Positions 8,139 to 16,990 of a stretch of DNA of 61,653 nt are shown here, one piece after another. The stretch lies in the NCBI GenBank assembly GCA_030674455.1, contig JAUSGQ010000035.1, positions 1 to 61,653 of the forward strand, written 5' to 3'. The translations under genes were made by a program, and so were the position numbers. The notes beneath the pieces were generated by a model that was not told where the DNA came from, searched no databases, and was given only the letters and a program-made list of their open reading frames with translations. Each line of letters opens with the position of its first letter. Within the stretch, counting starts at the first letter, position 1. The DNA is from a bacterium (GTDB lineage: Bacteria > Patescibacteriota > Minisyncoccia > Phycocordibacterales > UBA2100).

Positions 8139-9653
8139 ATGAAAAATCGGATTATCCCAGCTACGATGGCTACCCAGCATCCGGATAATGCTAACGGACC
8201 CTTTTGGGAAAAAGGCGACGGGTTCGTGAGCGTTTCGGAAGAGCCGGAAGAATGCGTGGTGTGCCTGCGCGATTTGGACGTTCAGGAATACATGTGGGAT
8301 TGGGAAGGCAAGTATGCCGATGAGGCGGTAATAGAGAAATTATTTTCTAATCATTACAAATACTTCAGAAAGAACCTCCTCGGCAAAGATAAGTTCCTCA
8401 CGTTCCGCCTTCCGAATGTTTGGAAAGAGAAGGGGTACAGCCTCATCCGCGCCCTCATGGTGATTCTTACCAGTGAAGATTTCGCGCACGACCTCGCTTT
8501 CAAATCCCGCCCTTTGTTTGAGGCAATTTTGCCCATGACGGAAAAGGCGGAGCAGCTCATGTACATCCAAAAATCTTTTCAAAAACTCGCGCGATTTAAG
8601 GCAAAAGTATTCAGCCACAGCACAAATAGCAATACAGATTACGTAGAAATCATCCCCCTCATAGAAGGCGTGGAAGATCAAATACATGTAAAGACCCTGC
8701 TTTCCAGATACATTGCTTTGCACGAGAAATTCTTTCACCGCAAACCGGCATATCTGCGGCCGTTTCTCGCCCGTTCAGACCCCGCGCTCAACAGCGGCTT
8801 TGTGCCGAATGTACTCGCAAACAAAATCGCTCTGTCGGATATATATGAATTTGGGAAAAAAAGCGGCGTACACATGCATCCAATTATTGGAGCTGGAAGC
8901 TTGATTTTCCGCGGCGGTGTAAGCCCGGCGCGAAGCGAGAAGTTCGTTCGTGAATATGGCGGCGTCCGCACCGTTACCGTTCAATCCGGTTTCAGATACG
9001 ACTACCCTCTTCATCAGGTTAAAAAGGCAATCAATTATTTTAATAAAGCTCTTCCAAAAAGTCGTGTCCAAAAAGTTGAGAAGAAGGACTACCCGGTGCT
9101 TCTAAAGATTATTGAGACTTTTTCTAAGGCATACCACTCAACGCTTGCCGAATTACTGGAAGATATGAACCCATTTTTCCAAGCGGTCCCGAAAAGAAGA
9201 GAGCGCCGCCAGCACGTCGGCTTTTTGGCATATCAGCGGCACATGGGAAAAAGTTCGCTTCCGCGCGCCATTAATTTTACGGCGGCCTGGTATTCTTTAG
9301 GCGTGCCGCCGGAATTCATCGGTTTGGGCAGAAGCCTTAAATCGTTAGATAAGAATGAAATTGAAATTCTGAAGAAATATTACATACATTTCAAAGATGA
9401 TGTGGAGGAGGCGGGAAGGTACATTAATCGCGAGAATATCAGGATGCTTGGGAAGACCAACGGCAAGTGGCAAGCAATTATGGAAGATATCGAATTAGCC
9501 GGGGAATTTTTGGGGGTCCGCTTCGGCCCAAAAAGCAACAAAGAAATGCTCCACCGAAGCCTTTCTTTTCAACTGCTCTTGCAGAGAAAGAATCGCGCGG
9601 AGATGAGCCGGCTCATTACCGAGACCGGCAAATTGCGGAGAAGCCTCGGTTGA
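8139..9653 (+). CDS. ppcA: archaeal-type phosphoenolpyruvate carboxylase (PEPcase_2)
   Basis: IPATMATQHPDNA, MWDWEGK, LTFRLPN, FEAILPMT, RPFLARSDPA, PIIGAGS.FRGG, TVQSGFRYDY, LPRAINFTAA.YSLGVPPE; 504 aa. Confidence 0.93.
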   Translation: MKNRIIPATMATQHPDNANGPFWEKGDGFVSVSEEPEECVVCLRDLDVQEYMWDWEGKYADEAVIEKLFSNHYKYFRKNLLGKDKFLTFRLPNVWKEKGYSLIRALMVILTSEDFAHDLAFKSRPLFEAILPMTEKAEQLMYIQKSFQKLARFKAKVFSHSTNSNTDYVEIIPLIEGVEDQIHVKTLLSRYIALHEKFFHRKPAYLRPFLARSDPALNSGFVPNVLANKIALSDIYEFGKKSGVHMHPIIGAGSLIFRGGVSPARSEKFVREYGGVRTVTVQSGFRYDYPLHQVKKAINYFNKALPKSRVQKVEKKDYPVLLKIIETFSKAYHSTLAELLEDMNPFFQAVPKRRERRQHVGFLAYQRHMGKSSLPRAINFTAAWYSLGVPPEFIGLGRSLKSLDKNEIEILKKYYIHFKDDVEEAGRYINRENIRMLGKTNGKWQAIMEDIELAGEFLGVRFGPKSNKEMLHRSLSFQLLLQRKNRAEMSRLITETGKLRRSLG

Positions 9654-9667
9654 TGCCGGTGCGTGCA

Positions 9668-9695
9668 ATTCCTAAATTCTTGAGAATTTAAGAAT
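9668..9695. repeat. 28-bp 11-6-11 palindrome family copy B (upstream of ArsR-like gene)
   Basis: ATTCCTAAATT-CTTGAG-AATTTAAGAAT. Confidence 0.75.
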
Positions 9696-9713
9696 AGATG
9701 GTACGATAGAAGC

Positions 9714-9986
9714 ATGACACTTAATCACACAAGACTCGAAAGAACGGTAAAGGGATTTGCTAACCATCGGCGCATTCAAATGCTCGATCTATTGCAAAAA
9801 ACACCCGAGCTTTCTGTTGATGAAATCGCAACAATACTCAAAATCAATTTTAAAACGGCATCAGAACACATTCGTCGACTTGCTATTTCGGGATTAGTGT
9901 TGAAACGGCATGCAGGGAACGAGGTGCGGCACAAGCTCACGGACAAAGCGGTAAGTATTCTCAAATTCTTGAGAATACTAGAATAG
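9714..9986 (+). CDS. ArsR/SmtB-like winged-helix DNA-binding protein
   Basis: KGFANHRRIQML.LL...ELSVDEIA..L......ASEHIRRL..SGLV HTH_20-like pattern. Confidence 0.85.
   Translation: MTLNHTRLERTVKGFANHRRIQMLDLLQKTPELSVDEIATILKINFKTASEHIRRLAISGLVLKRHAGNEVRHKLTDKAVSILKFLRILE
9957..9984. repeat. 28-bp 11-6-11 palindrome family copy C (encodes the C-terminus ILKFLRILE)
   Basis: ATTCTCAAATT-CTTGAG-AATACTAGAAT. Confidence 0.7.
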
Positions 9987-9988
9987 CT

Positions 9989-10711
9989 ATGAATAAGGGA
10001 TTAATAATAGAAGGCAGGCTTTCAATCGTTGCGACGCCAATAGGCAATTTGGAAGACATAACGCTGCGCGCCCTGCGCACTTTTAAGGAATGCGATGTGA
10101 TATATGCGGAGGACACGCGCGTGATATCTAAATTACTATCCCGATATGAGATAAAGAAACCGCTTCAGCGGCTTGACGCGGCCACTGAACTAAAAAAAGC
10201 GGAAGAAATACTTGCGAGAATGGAAGCAGGCGAGCATGTCGTGTTCGTATCAGACGCCGGAACTCCCGGAATCTCCGACCCCGGCGCACGTCTTGTTCGG
10301 CATATTCGCACGTCCGCCAAAGGCGGATCCGCCTCCGGCGGAAATGGCAGCGAAATAAAGATTGAGGCAATCCCCGGGCCTTCCGCTCTAACAACAGCGC
10401 TTTCTATCGCAGGAATAGATGCGACGGAGTTTACATTTTTAGGATTTTTACCACACAAAAAAGGCCGTCAAACGGCCATAAAAAGGATGGTCGCGAGCGA
10501 GATTCCCGTTGTACTCTACGAATCACCTCATCGGATATTGAAATTGATGAAAGAACTTTCGGCCGCCGCGCCCGAATGTCGAGTTACCGTCGCGCGCGAG
10601 CTGACTAAAATCTACGAAGAAATAATTGCTGGGACCCCGCAAGAACTAATTGAGCAGCTCGAATCAAAGAAATCCGCGCGAGGCGAATTTGTCGTGATAA
10701 TTAGTCAGTAG
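9989..10711 (+). CDS. rsmI: 16S rRNA (cytidine1402-2'-O)-methyltransferase
   Basis: VATPIGNLEDITLRAL, AEDTR, VSDAGTPGISDPG, IPGPSA, FLGFLP, YESPHR, ARELTKIYEE, RGEFV. Confidence 0.96.
   Translation: MNKGLIIEGRLSIVATPIGNLEDITLRALRTFKECDVIYAEDTRVISKLLSRYEIKKPLQRLDAATELKKAEEILARMEAGEHVVFVSDAGTPGISDPGARLVRHIRTSAKGGSASGGNGSEIKIEAIPGPSALTTALSIAGIDATEFTFLGFLPHKKGRQTAIKRMVASEIPVVLYESPHRILKLMKELSAAAPECRVTVARELTKIYEEIIAGTPQELIEQLESKKSARGEFVVIISQ
10313..10342 (+). repeat. 30-bp double-hairpin palindromic element in frame inside rsmI (SAKGGSASGG)
   Basis: TCCGCC-aaa-GGCGGA-TCCGCC-tcc-GGCGGA; second copy at 13006-13035. Confidence 0.8.
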
Positions 10712-10729
10712 TCAGTAGTCAGTAGCTAG
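10702..10729. repeat. heptamer tandem repeat TAGTCAG x3 + TAGCTAG at the convergent rsmI/pyrD junction
   Basis: Direct inspection; the array contains both stop codons. Confidence 0.75.
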
Positions 10730-11781
10730 GAGCTTGGAGCCAATGATTTGGCGTATGCATTGCAGATTCTTTTTATTAGACCCGGGCCTTCGAATATCAT
10801 TCCCGTCACGAGCTGAACAAGGTCGGCGCCCGCGCGGAATTTCACGAGCGCGTCTTCGGGAGAAAAGATACCCCCGACTCCGATTATGGTGAAGCGTTTG
10901 CCATAGGCGGCGCGCGTTTTGCGGATAAGTTCGTTGGAAAGTTCAAAGCATGATTTTCCGGAAAGGCCGCCGCGCCACTCTTTTGGCGCGTCTTCAGGGA
11001 AGTCAATAAGCGAATATTTCTTGTTCAAGTTGCCGATGATGACGCCGTTGTATCCGAATCTGTCAATAATATCCAGAAGTTTTTTAAAATCGTCCCACGA
11101 AAGATTGATGGGCATTTTAATATAGCGCGGTTTACGGCACGGAACTGTCGAAAGTTTCGTAAGCAGGCGCGTTAATAGTTCAGGCGTCGCGAATGTTTCT
11201 CCACCGAATGTGTTGGGGCATGAGATGTTGATTGTGTAGTAATCGCCGACATTCAACTCGTTCATTATTTTGAATGTCGCGTGATAGTCTGCGAGGCCCG
11301 CTTCAGCATCGCTCACGCGTTCATCGTTCGTCTGTGCGATAGAAATTCCCACGATAAATTTCTCACGGCTGTTTCTATTGGCGAGACGCTCGGCGATTTG
11401 CACCACACCTTGATTCTTCAGTCCTTTATAAACCACGAGGCTCTTATTGCGGATGAGGCGCGTGAGCTGTGGTTTGGGGTTGCCCTGGCATGGCCTGGCT
11501 GTTACAGAGCCGACCTCTTCTCCGCCAAAAGAAATACACGGAAGAATGCGCGTGAGTTCGCCGTTACAATCGAAGCCGGCAGACAAAAGCACGGGCCGCT
11601 CAAAATGCAGGCCGTCAATGGTTTTAGAAATATCAGGGCCCCGATAACCCCAAACACTTTTTATGAGCCAGCGCGCGGGCGCGAGCGAGCCGAAAATTTG
11701 GCCGAAAAAGACCATAAAATCATGCATAAATTCCGGATTAAACTGAAAGAAAATCGGCCTCAAGATTCTTTTGTAGAACAT
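10726..11781 (-). CDS. pyrD: quinone-dependent (class 2-like) dihydroorotate dehydrogenase
   Basis: RPIFFQFNPEFMH, LSAGFD, EVGSVT...GNPKP, NISCPNT, GGLSGK, IIGVGGIFS, GADLVQLVTG; start reassigned to 11781. Confidence 0.9.
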   Translation of the reverse strand: MFYKRILRPIFFQFNPEFMHDFMVFFGQIFGSLAPARWLIKSVWGYRGPDISKTIDGLHFERPVLLSAGFDCNGELTRILPCISFGGEEVGSVTARPCQGNPKPQLTRLIRNKSLVVYKGLKNQGVVQIAERLANRNSREKFIVGISIAQTNDERVSDAEAGLADYHATFKIMNELNVGDYYTINISCPNTFGGETFATPELLTRLLTKLSTVPCRKPRYIKMPINLSWDDFKKLLDIIDRFGYNGVIIGNLNKKYSLIDFPEDAPKEWRGGLSGKSCFELSNELIRKTRAAYGKRFTIIGVGGIFSPEDALVKFRAGADLVQLVTGMIFEGPGLIKRICNAYAKSLAPSS

Positions 11782-11882
11782 ACAATTCCCATAATACCAG
11801 CAATTCTCTATCGAGTCTGTGGATTTAAACATGATTTGGAACTACTCAAGAACCTCAAGAGACAGAGTAAACCGAGCTTTCC

Positions 11883-11959
11883 GTCTTTGCGAGCGGAGCG
11901 AAACAATCCAGGTTCTACGCCTCTAACCCTAGATTGCTTCGGCAAAGCCTCGCAAAGAC
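11883..11959. repeat. REP-like composite hairpin
   Basis: GTCTTTGCGAG...GAAACAATC...GATTGCTTC...CTCGCAAAGAC nested inverted repeats. Confidence 0.7.
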
Positions 11960-11986
11960 AATTCAGATGTTGCGTGAGTCCTAATG

Positions 11987-12014
11987 ATACTAAATACAAG
12001 ATACTGTATACTGT
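11987..12014 (+). repeat. ATACnnn heptamer array x4 containing TATACT
   Basis: ATACTAA ATACAAG ATACTGT ATACTGT, just upstream of ATG 12021. Confidence 0.7.
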
Positions 12015-12020
12015 GGCGGT

Positions 12021-12254
12021 ATGACCCTAGACACACTCGTCATGCTCGCCGGTGCTTTTGTCGCCACGCTTCCTTTCTTAGGCTTCCCGAACAGCTGGGA
12101 TAAGGCGCTCTTTCTCCTTGCGGGCATCTTTGTCATTTCACTTGGCATAATTGTGCGGAGGAGGGAGGCGCATTCGGCAAATCCGGGACAAAAGAATAAC
12201 GAAGGAGCGTTTGCAGATACTAATCCGTTTTCAACACCGCATGAAAATGCGTAA
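12021..12254 (+). CDS. small two-TM hypothetical protein
   Basis: LPFLGFPNSWD motif between two hydrophobic helices. Confidence 0.75.
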   Translation: MTLDTLVMLAGAFVATLPFLGFPNSWDKALFLLAGIFVISLGIIVRRREAHSANPGQKNNEGAFADTNPFSTPHENA

Positions 12255-13533
12255 GTACGCCGGCAGATACGCGCTCTTTTTTAGCGCTTTTGCCATCGCG
12301 GCGATTTTGATTATTTGGGGAGCAGACATAGTGAAAGCGAGCGGAATCAAGTTCCCTGGGCGGTCACTCACATTCGCACGCGCCACAACGACAGCACCTT
12401 CCATTCCGGAAAAGCCGAAAGTGGCGCATATCGAGACGCCGAGTTCAGTGCGTGCGATTTATATGACGCAATGCGTTGTGGGAACCCCCAGCATGAGAGA
12501 TGACCTTGTAAAACTGATAGACGCAACACCATTAAATTCCGTCGTGATAGATATCAAAGATTACGCGGGCAAACTTGCCTTTACTCCGGAAGACCCGTCG
12601 CTTCGAGATTCCGTTTCAGATGCGTGCGGTGCGCGGGACATGAAAGAGTTCATTAGTAAACTGCACCAGAAGAATATTTACGTCATCGGACGCATTACCG
12701 TTTTCCAAGACCCGTATTACACAAAGTTGCATCCGGAGCTTGCAGTAAAAAGACTTTCCAACAAAGAAGCGAACTGGAAAGACCACAAAGGCCTTTCATT
12801 TATCGATGTGAGCGCGAAACCGTACTGGGATTATATTGTAAAAATCTCGAAAGCTTCGTATGACATCGGTTTTGACGAACTGAATTTTGACTACATACGT
12901 TTTCCTTCCGATGGAAATATGAAAGACACCTTTTACACATGGAACCCAAAAATGGAAAAAAGCGAGGCGCTCGAAAGATTTTACATATACTTGAGCGAGC
13001 AATTATCCGCCAAAGGCGGACCCGCCTCCGTCGGAAAATCGGCTGAAGGTCAATGGACGCCCGTTATATCAGTTGACTTGTTCGGCATGGTGACGACGAA
13101 TTACGACGACCTGAATATCGGGCAGGTTCTCGAGCGCGCCATGCCGTATTTCGATTTTATCGACCCGATGGTCTATCCTTCCCATTACCCGACGGGATTC
13201 AACGGATACAAAAAAGTAAACGAGCATTCCTACGACATCGTTAATTTCTCTTTGCTACATGCGGTGGAGAGAACCGTAGCGACTTCAACGTCTATAAATG
13301 GTCTCGCATTTCAAAGGATTGGCACCACAACTCCGGCAATTTATGCAAAGCCGTCGTATCCCGCTTCAAAAATCAGGCCGTGGCTGCAGAGCTTTGATTA
13401 TCCCGTCACATACACGCCGGCCATGGTTTCCGCACAAATCAAGGCCAATACCGACGCAGGCCTTGACTCGTATCTTTTCTGGGACCCGGCTAATAAATAC
13501 AGGAGCTTGCGAGCAGTCTTGCAGGCGGAGTAG
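12241..13533 (+). CDS. putative glycoside hydrolase (DUF4015-like), N-terminally anchored
   Basis: VRAIYMT, NSVVIDIKD..G, IGRITVFQDP, GFDELNFDYIRFPSDG, PMVYPSHY, IRPWLQ; start 12241 or 12247. Confidence 0.85.
   Translation: MKMRKYAGRYALFFSAFAIAAILIIWGADIVKASGIKFPGRSLTFARATTTAPSIPEKPKVAHIETPSSVRAIYMTQCVVGTPSMRDDLVKLIDATPLNSVVIDIKDYAGKLAFTPEDPSLRDSVSDACGARDMKEFISKLHQKNIYVIGRITVFQDPYYTKLHPELAVKRLSNKEANWKDHKGLSFIDVSAKPYWDYIVKISKASYDIGFDELNFDYIRFPSDGNMKDTFYTWNPKMEKSEALERFYIYLSEQLSAKGGPASVGKSAEGQWTPVISVDLFGMVTTNYDDLNIGQVLERAMPYFDFIDPMVYPSHYPTGFNGYKKVNEHSYDIVNFSLLHAVERTVATSTSINGLAFQRIGTTTPAIYAKPSYPASKIRPWLQSFDYPVTYTPAMVSAQIKANTDAGLDSYLFWDPANKYRSLRAVLQAE
13006..13035 (+). repeat. 30-bp double-hairpin element in frame (SAKGGPASVG)
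   Basis: TCCGCCAAAGGCGGACCCGCCTCCGTCGGA, 28/30 identical to 10313-10342 and read in the same frame. Confidence 0.8.
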
Positions 13534-13569
13534 TTGCGATATAGATAGACAAGGCAAGGTTCGGTTTCC

Positions 13570-13604
13570 ATACCAGATACCCTATACAAGATACGGTATA
13601 CTAA
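13570..13604 (+). repeat. ATACnnn heptamer array x5 containing TATACT
   Basis: ATACCAG ATACCCT ATACAAG ATACGGT ATACTAA, just upstream of ATG 13609. Confidence 0.75.
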
Positions 13605-13608
13605 TAAC

Positions 13609-15351
13609 ATGCACCCGGATGCGAACGACCCGGACCGCCGCATCACCTACTTTGCGGCCACTCATACGCGGGGAAAACGCGATATTTTTGGTATTCGCGG
13701 GGATGACCGCGGAAAACATATTTATGTCATCGGAAAAACCGGCATGGGCAAATCTACCATGTTGGAAAATATGGCGATTCAAGATATCCAGAACGGCGAG
13801 GGAATCGCGTTCATCGACCCTCACGGAGCGACAGCGGAAAAACTTCTCAATTTTGTTCCGCACAATCGTATAAAAGATGTCGTGTATTTCGCGCCATTTG
13901 ACACAGATAATCCTATAGGGTTCAACATCATGGAAGACGTCGGCTTCGACAAACGCCACCTTGTCGTTTCCGGTCTCATGGGAGCCTTGAAGCGCATCTG
14001 GGTAGACGCGTGGAGCGCGAGAATGGAATACATTTTGCAAAACACTCTGCTCGCGCTTTTGGAATATCCGGGCTCCACGCTATTGGACGTGAACCGCATG
14101 CTCACCAATAAAGCGTTCCGCGCCGACGTTGTGACGAAAATAACCGACCCGCTTGTGAAGTCATTTTGGACGGAAGAATTCGCGGCGTTCACCGATACGT
14201 ATACGCGCGAGGCGACGCCGGCAATTCAAAATAAAGTCGGCCAGTTCACCGCGAATCCACTCATCCGAAATATCGTCGGACAGCCAAAATCCACATTCGA
14301 CCTGCGAAAGATAATGGATGACAAGAAGATATTCATCGTGAACCTTTCCAAGGGAAGAATGGGAGAGACCAATGCGAGCCTTTTGGGAAGCATGCTCGTG
14401 GTGAAGATTTATCTCGCGGCGATGTCGCGCGCCGACGAGCCGCCTATCCGCATGGCGAAGTTGCCGCGATTTTATTTTTACGTGGACGAATTCCAGTCCA
14501 TGATGAACGAGGCGTTTGCCGACATTCTTTCTGAATCGCGCAAATATAAATTGGCGCTTACGCTCGCGAACCAATACATCGAACAGATGGAAGAAAATGT
14601 CCGCGATGCGGTTTTCGGCAACGTCGGCACCCTCATTGTATTTCGCGTCGGTCCTTTTGATGCGGATGTTTTGGAGACCGTATTTGACCCGACGTTTACA
14701 CCCGAAGATTTGGTGGGCCTCGGAATCGGGCAAATTTACCTCACTCTCATGATAGACGGAGTCGGCTCGCGGCCATTTTCTGCGGAGACAATTCCTCCGA
14801 TTGAGCCGCCGAGTATTTCGTACAGGGACGATGTCATCGAAAACTCTCGCGCGCAGTACTCACGACCGCGCGCGGAGGTTGATGCGGCCGTGCAGAAACG
14901 CCAGACAGAATTCGTTCAGCCTCCGAAACAGAAAGCACCGCGTAAGGAATACGGAAATTCACAAAACAGAACATCAGGTAATAGCAATGATTTCCATCGT
15001 TCGGTAGGAGTCTCTAACCGTGCGCACCCACACCCGCCTGCCCCGAGAGTCAGCGAAGAGAAAATTGCAATTTCTCCCGCCCACGATAACAAAGAAGAAG
15101 TCAGAAAATCGGCTTTACGCGCGGCTCTGGAGAGGGCGCGCGAAAGCACATATTCTGCCAAGATGCATGATGTTCCCCAACAGACGCTGTCGCCGGCGGA
15201 AATCTTGCGCACGCGCATGTCTGCGGGCAAAACGCAGGACAGGCCGAAAGAAAAAGTTACTCAAGAAAACAGCAGAAGCGGAAAGTTGTCCGGCGAAGTG
15301 TCTAACGAAACTTTGCGCGAGGTTCTTCTCTCCGGAGACGAAGACAGATAA
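13609..15351 (+). CDS. VirD4/TraD-like ATPase (chromosomal copy) with low-complexity C-terminal tail
   Basis: HIYVIGKTGMGKST, FIDPHG, WSARMEYIL, FYFYVDEFQ, ILSESRKYKL..ANQY, FGNVGTLIVFRVG. Confidence 0.9.
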   Translation: MHPDANDPDRRITYFAATHTRGKRDIFGIRGDDRGKHIYVIGKTGMGKSTMLENMAIQDIQNGEGIAFIDPHGATAEKLLNFVPHNRIKDVVYFAPFDTDNPIGFNIMEDVGFDKRHLVVSGLMGALKRIWVDAWSARMEYILQNTLLALLEYPGSTLLDVNRMLTNKAFRADVVTKITDPLVKSFWTEEFAAFTDTYTREATPAIQNKVGQFTANPLIRNIVGQPKSTFDLRKIMDDKKIFIVNLSKGRMGETNASLLGSMLVVKIYLAAMSRADEPPIRMAKLPRFYFYVDEFQSMMNEAFADILSESRKYKLALTLANQYIEQMEENVRDAVFGNVGTLIVFRVGPFDADVLETVFDPTFTPEDLVGLGIGQIYLTLMIDGVGSRPFSAETIPPIEPPSISYRDDVIENSRAQYSRPRAEVDAAVQKRQTEFVQPPKQKAPRKEYGNSQNRTSGNSNDFHRSVGVSNRAHPHPPAPRVSEEKIAISPAHDNKEEVRKSALRAALERARESTYSAKMHDVPQQTLSPAEILRTRMSAGKTQDRPKEKVTQENSRSGKLSGEVSNETLREVLLSGDEDR

Positions 15352-15375
15352 GAAATTGAAAGTAATTGAAATTGT

Positions 15376-16824
15376 ATGACTGCTATCCAGATCATACCCT
15401 TCCAAAGACTTGTGGGAATGGCTGCAGCAGCTTCTCTTACCATCTTTCCGCTCGGAGTATATGCTGACGCGATTGGAAAGATTTCTTTTACAACAGATGC
15501 GCAGAGTATTGCAGTCGGAACGAGCTCGAGCCAAATAACGCTTGAAACAGAAGACGTTAATGGGGTTCCAGTGAAGGGTAATACCGTTTGCGTTCAGATT
15601 ACATCGTCTTCTCAAAGCGGCGAATTTTCCACGAACACGACATGGGGCACGGACTCAATACGTACTCTTTCGCTCACCATCGCCTCTAACCAATACCGGC
15701 GCAACTTTTATTATCGCGATGGGGCGGCCGGTTCCTATTCATTGAGCGCGAAAGCCGCGATTAAGCCCGGCGAGACATGCACCACATGGTCTCCGGACAC
15801 AGGAGTTCAATGGACAGCGACGCAAAATATTATAATTGGAAGCGTTTCCCCTCCTTTAAATGAAGAAAGTAGCACGCAGACAAACACACAGACTACGACA
15901 ACCACGACACCATCACCCGCAAGCGCACCGGTCTCATCCTATGTTGCGCCGCCGGAGCCGCAAATCTTTGCGGACGGGGGAGAGAATCGGACGGTAATCG
16001 TCGCGGCGGATACGGAATTTCTTGCACGCGCGTATAATCGGAATAAAGAAACTATCTCGGGCAACATTAGATTCTCATGGAACTTCGGCGACGGCTCAAC
16101 CGGCGAGGGTCAAAGCGTCCTGCATCATTTTGAATATCCGGGAAAGTACGCTGTGGTTTTAAACATTGCGGACAACCGCGACGCGGCATCGGACAGAATA
16201 ATTGTTACTGCAGAACCTGCGAAACTAGCCTTTAGCACATATCCGGACGGCAGCATCATGATTGAGAATCATGCCGGACGCGACCTCAATCTGTCGAGCT
16301 GGCTAGTGCGTTCCTTTGGGCGCGTATTTATGGTGCCGAAGGATTCTATTATTCTCGCGGGCGAAACTTTGCGCATAGGCGAAAAAACGCTTGGCTTCAG
16401 AAGCTCCGCTGAAACGGAATTAGACTATCCGAATGGCGTGCTGGCGCTTCGCGCGGGAACCGCAAATGAAGCTTCGGATTCCGTGAAGGCAAACGTAGCG
16501 GCGGCGTCCGCAGTCGCGAAACCTCGCTCCATCCCCGTTTCAGCAATAGTCGTTCAAGCAGAAAAAGAGCGCGTAGTTGCTTCCATAGCGTCGGATGTTT
16601 CAGATGTGACTCTTGCAATGGAAGAAATTGCTACTGACTCGGACGATGAATCAGGCAGAAGCGCGCAGACAGCATCAGTAGAAGAGCCAGGGTCTGGCGG
16701 AACGGGTGGATACATGTGGTGGCTCGGCGCTCTTGGCCTGGCTGTTGTCGGTACCGGCGCGGTTTTGGCTTCTCGCCGCGCGCTAAAAAAGGAATGGGAC
16801 ATCATTGAAGAAAAGGAGGGGTGA
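15376..16824 (+). CDS. surface protein with PKD domain, possible lamin-tail-like domain and C-terminal TM anchor
   Basis: Signal peptide, Thr-rich linker, FSWNFGDG...HHFEYPGKYAV PKD motif, IEN..GRDLNLSSW, C-terminal hydrophobic helix followed by RRALKK. Confidence 0.8.
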   Translation: MTAIQIIPFQRLVGMAAAASLTIFPLGVYADAIGKISFTTDAQSIAVGTSSSQITLETEDVNGVPVKGNTVCVQITSSSQSGEFSTNTTWGTDSIRTLSLTIASNQYRRNFYYRDGAAGSYSLSAKAAIKPGETCTTWSPDTGVQWTATQNIIIGSVSPPLNEESSTQTNTQTTTTTTPSPASAPVSSYVAPPEPQIFADGGENRTVIVAADTEFLARAYNRNKETISGNIRFSWNFGDGSTGEGQSVLHHFEYPGKYAVVLNIADNRDAASDRIIVTAEPAKLAFSTYPDGSIMIENHAGRDLNLSSWLVRSFGRVFMVPKDSIILAGETLRIGEKTLGFRSSAETELDYPNGVLALRAGTANEASDSVKANVAAASAVAKPRSIPVSAIVVQAEKERVVASIASDVSDVTLAMEEIATDSDDESGRSAQTASVEEPGSGGTGGYMWWLGALGLAVVGTGAVLASRRALKKEWDIIEEKEG

Positions 16825-16921
16825 GGACAGCAGCACCTATTTTGGACGGCGGAATCACTCAAACCGTCTACAGGTGTCTATCATGAACGATAGACCCGTC
16901 CAAAATAGGTGTTACTGTCCT
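16824..16921. repeat. long hairpin with shared core (copy 2), downstream of PKD gene
   Basis: 26-bp outer inverted repeat AGGACAG(C/T)A(G/A)CACCTATTTTGGACGG enclosing a core related to 7962-8051. Confidence 0.75.
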
Positions 16922-16990
16922 GCGTAAGAAGCTGGGGTAACATACTTCACGCGCCTCGACGAGTTTTTCTATTGGTGTAATGTATGGCTA

